Assembly: GCA_965652335.1 (NCBI GenBank)
Contig: CBFGWJ010000001.1
Span: 1 to 26,219 of the forward strand
DNA: 26,219 bases
Direction: 5' to 3'
DNA from: an uncultured Gammaproteobacteria bacterium
GTDB lineage: Bacteria > Pseudomonadota > Gammaproteobacteria > Xanthomonadales > SZUA-36
The stretch's first letter is position 1, and each line of letters opens with the position of its first letter. The translations under genes were made by a program, and so were the position numbers. Below the pieces are notes generated by a model. The model saw nothing but the letters and a program-made list of their open reading frames with translations, did no database searches and had not been told where the DNA came from. This document shows positions 25,846-26,219 of this stretch, one piece after another.

Positions 25846-26219
25846 TCAGCCCGCCGGAACCAGCGGCCAGAATTTCGGGATCAGCCACACTGAAACCAGC
25901 AGCGCCAGCACATTCATGGGCAGGCCGATGCGAATGAAGTCCACGAACCGGTAGCCGCCTGCCTGGTAGACAAAGGTGTTGGTCTGGTAGCCGATGGGCG
26001 TGGCGAAACTGGCGCTGCCGGCCAGCATCACGGCAACCACGAAGGGTTTGGGGTCCAGCCCCGCGCTCATGGCTGCGCCGATGGCGATGGGGGTGAGCAG
26101 GATGGCGGCAGCGTTATTGCTCATGAACTCGGTGCTCAGCGAAGTCGCGATGTAGAGCGTAACCAGCAAACCCATTGGTCCCAGCGTCATGGCCCACTCG
26201 GCCATGCCGTTCACCATCA
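25846..26219 (-). CDS. SLC13/DASS-family permease, C-terminal fragment (5' end outside the window)
   Basis: TEFMSNNAAA..L.PIA, ASASFATPIGYQTN..V and GGY.F.DF.RIG.P. Confidence 0.9.
   Translation of the reverse strand, partial: MVNGMAEWAMTLGPMGLLVTLYIATSLSTEFMSNNAAAILLTPIAIGAAMSAGLDPKPFVVAVMLAGSASFATPIGYQTNTFVYQAGGYRFVDFIRIGLPMNVLALLVSVWLIPKFWPLVPAG

Overview
GC-rich (~60%) gammaproteobacterial-type chromosomal window with about 24 CDSs. No rRNA, tRNA, CRISPR or mobile element was seen. It has five blocks. (1) 1-1524: partial srkA, a NYN-domain protein and an EthD-like protein. (2) 1545-13372: an accessory uptake/catabolic cassette with an orphan secreted protein, a plant-type ALDH12 (P5C/glutamate-semialdehyde dehydrogenase), an MFS transporter, two outward-facing paralogous M29-fold proteins carrying the NicX-type His/His-x-Asp metal motif, a TonB-dependent receptor, a TPR-sulfotransferase and a LysR regulator. 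(3) 13373-14765: a cold-shock gene with strong promoter and terminator, a 5x12-bp repeat array, and an orphan minus-strand terminator below a hairpin-rich, low-GC region (candidate sRNA). (4) 14766-20049: a compact L,D-peptidoglycan remodelling cluster (ErfK-type Ldt, Lpp/OprI-like lipoprotein ending in KG, YafK/DpaA-like enzyme, LdtD, MepK) downstream of ilvE. (5) 20114-26219: a three-gene PAS kinase/receiver operon, a half-size TMEM165/GDT1 plus CDF metal-export pair, and a partial SLC13 permease. All family assignments come from motif recognition and recalled reference sequences; no searches were run.
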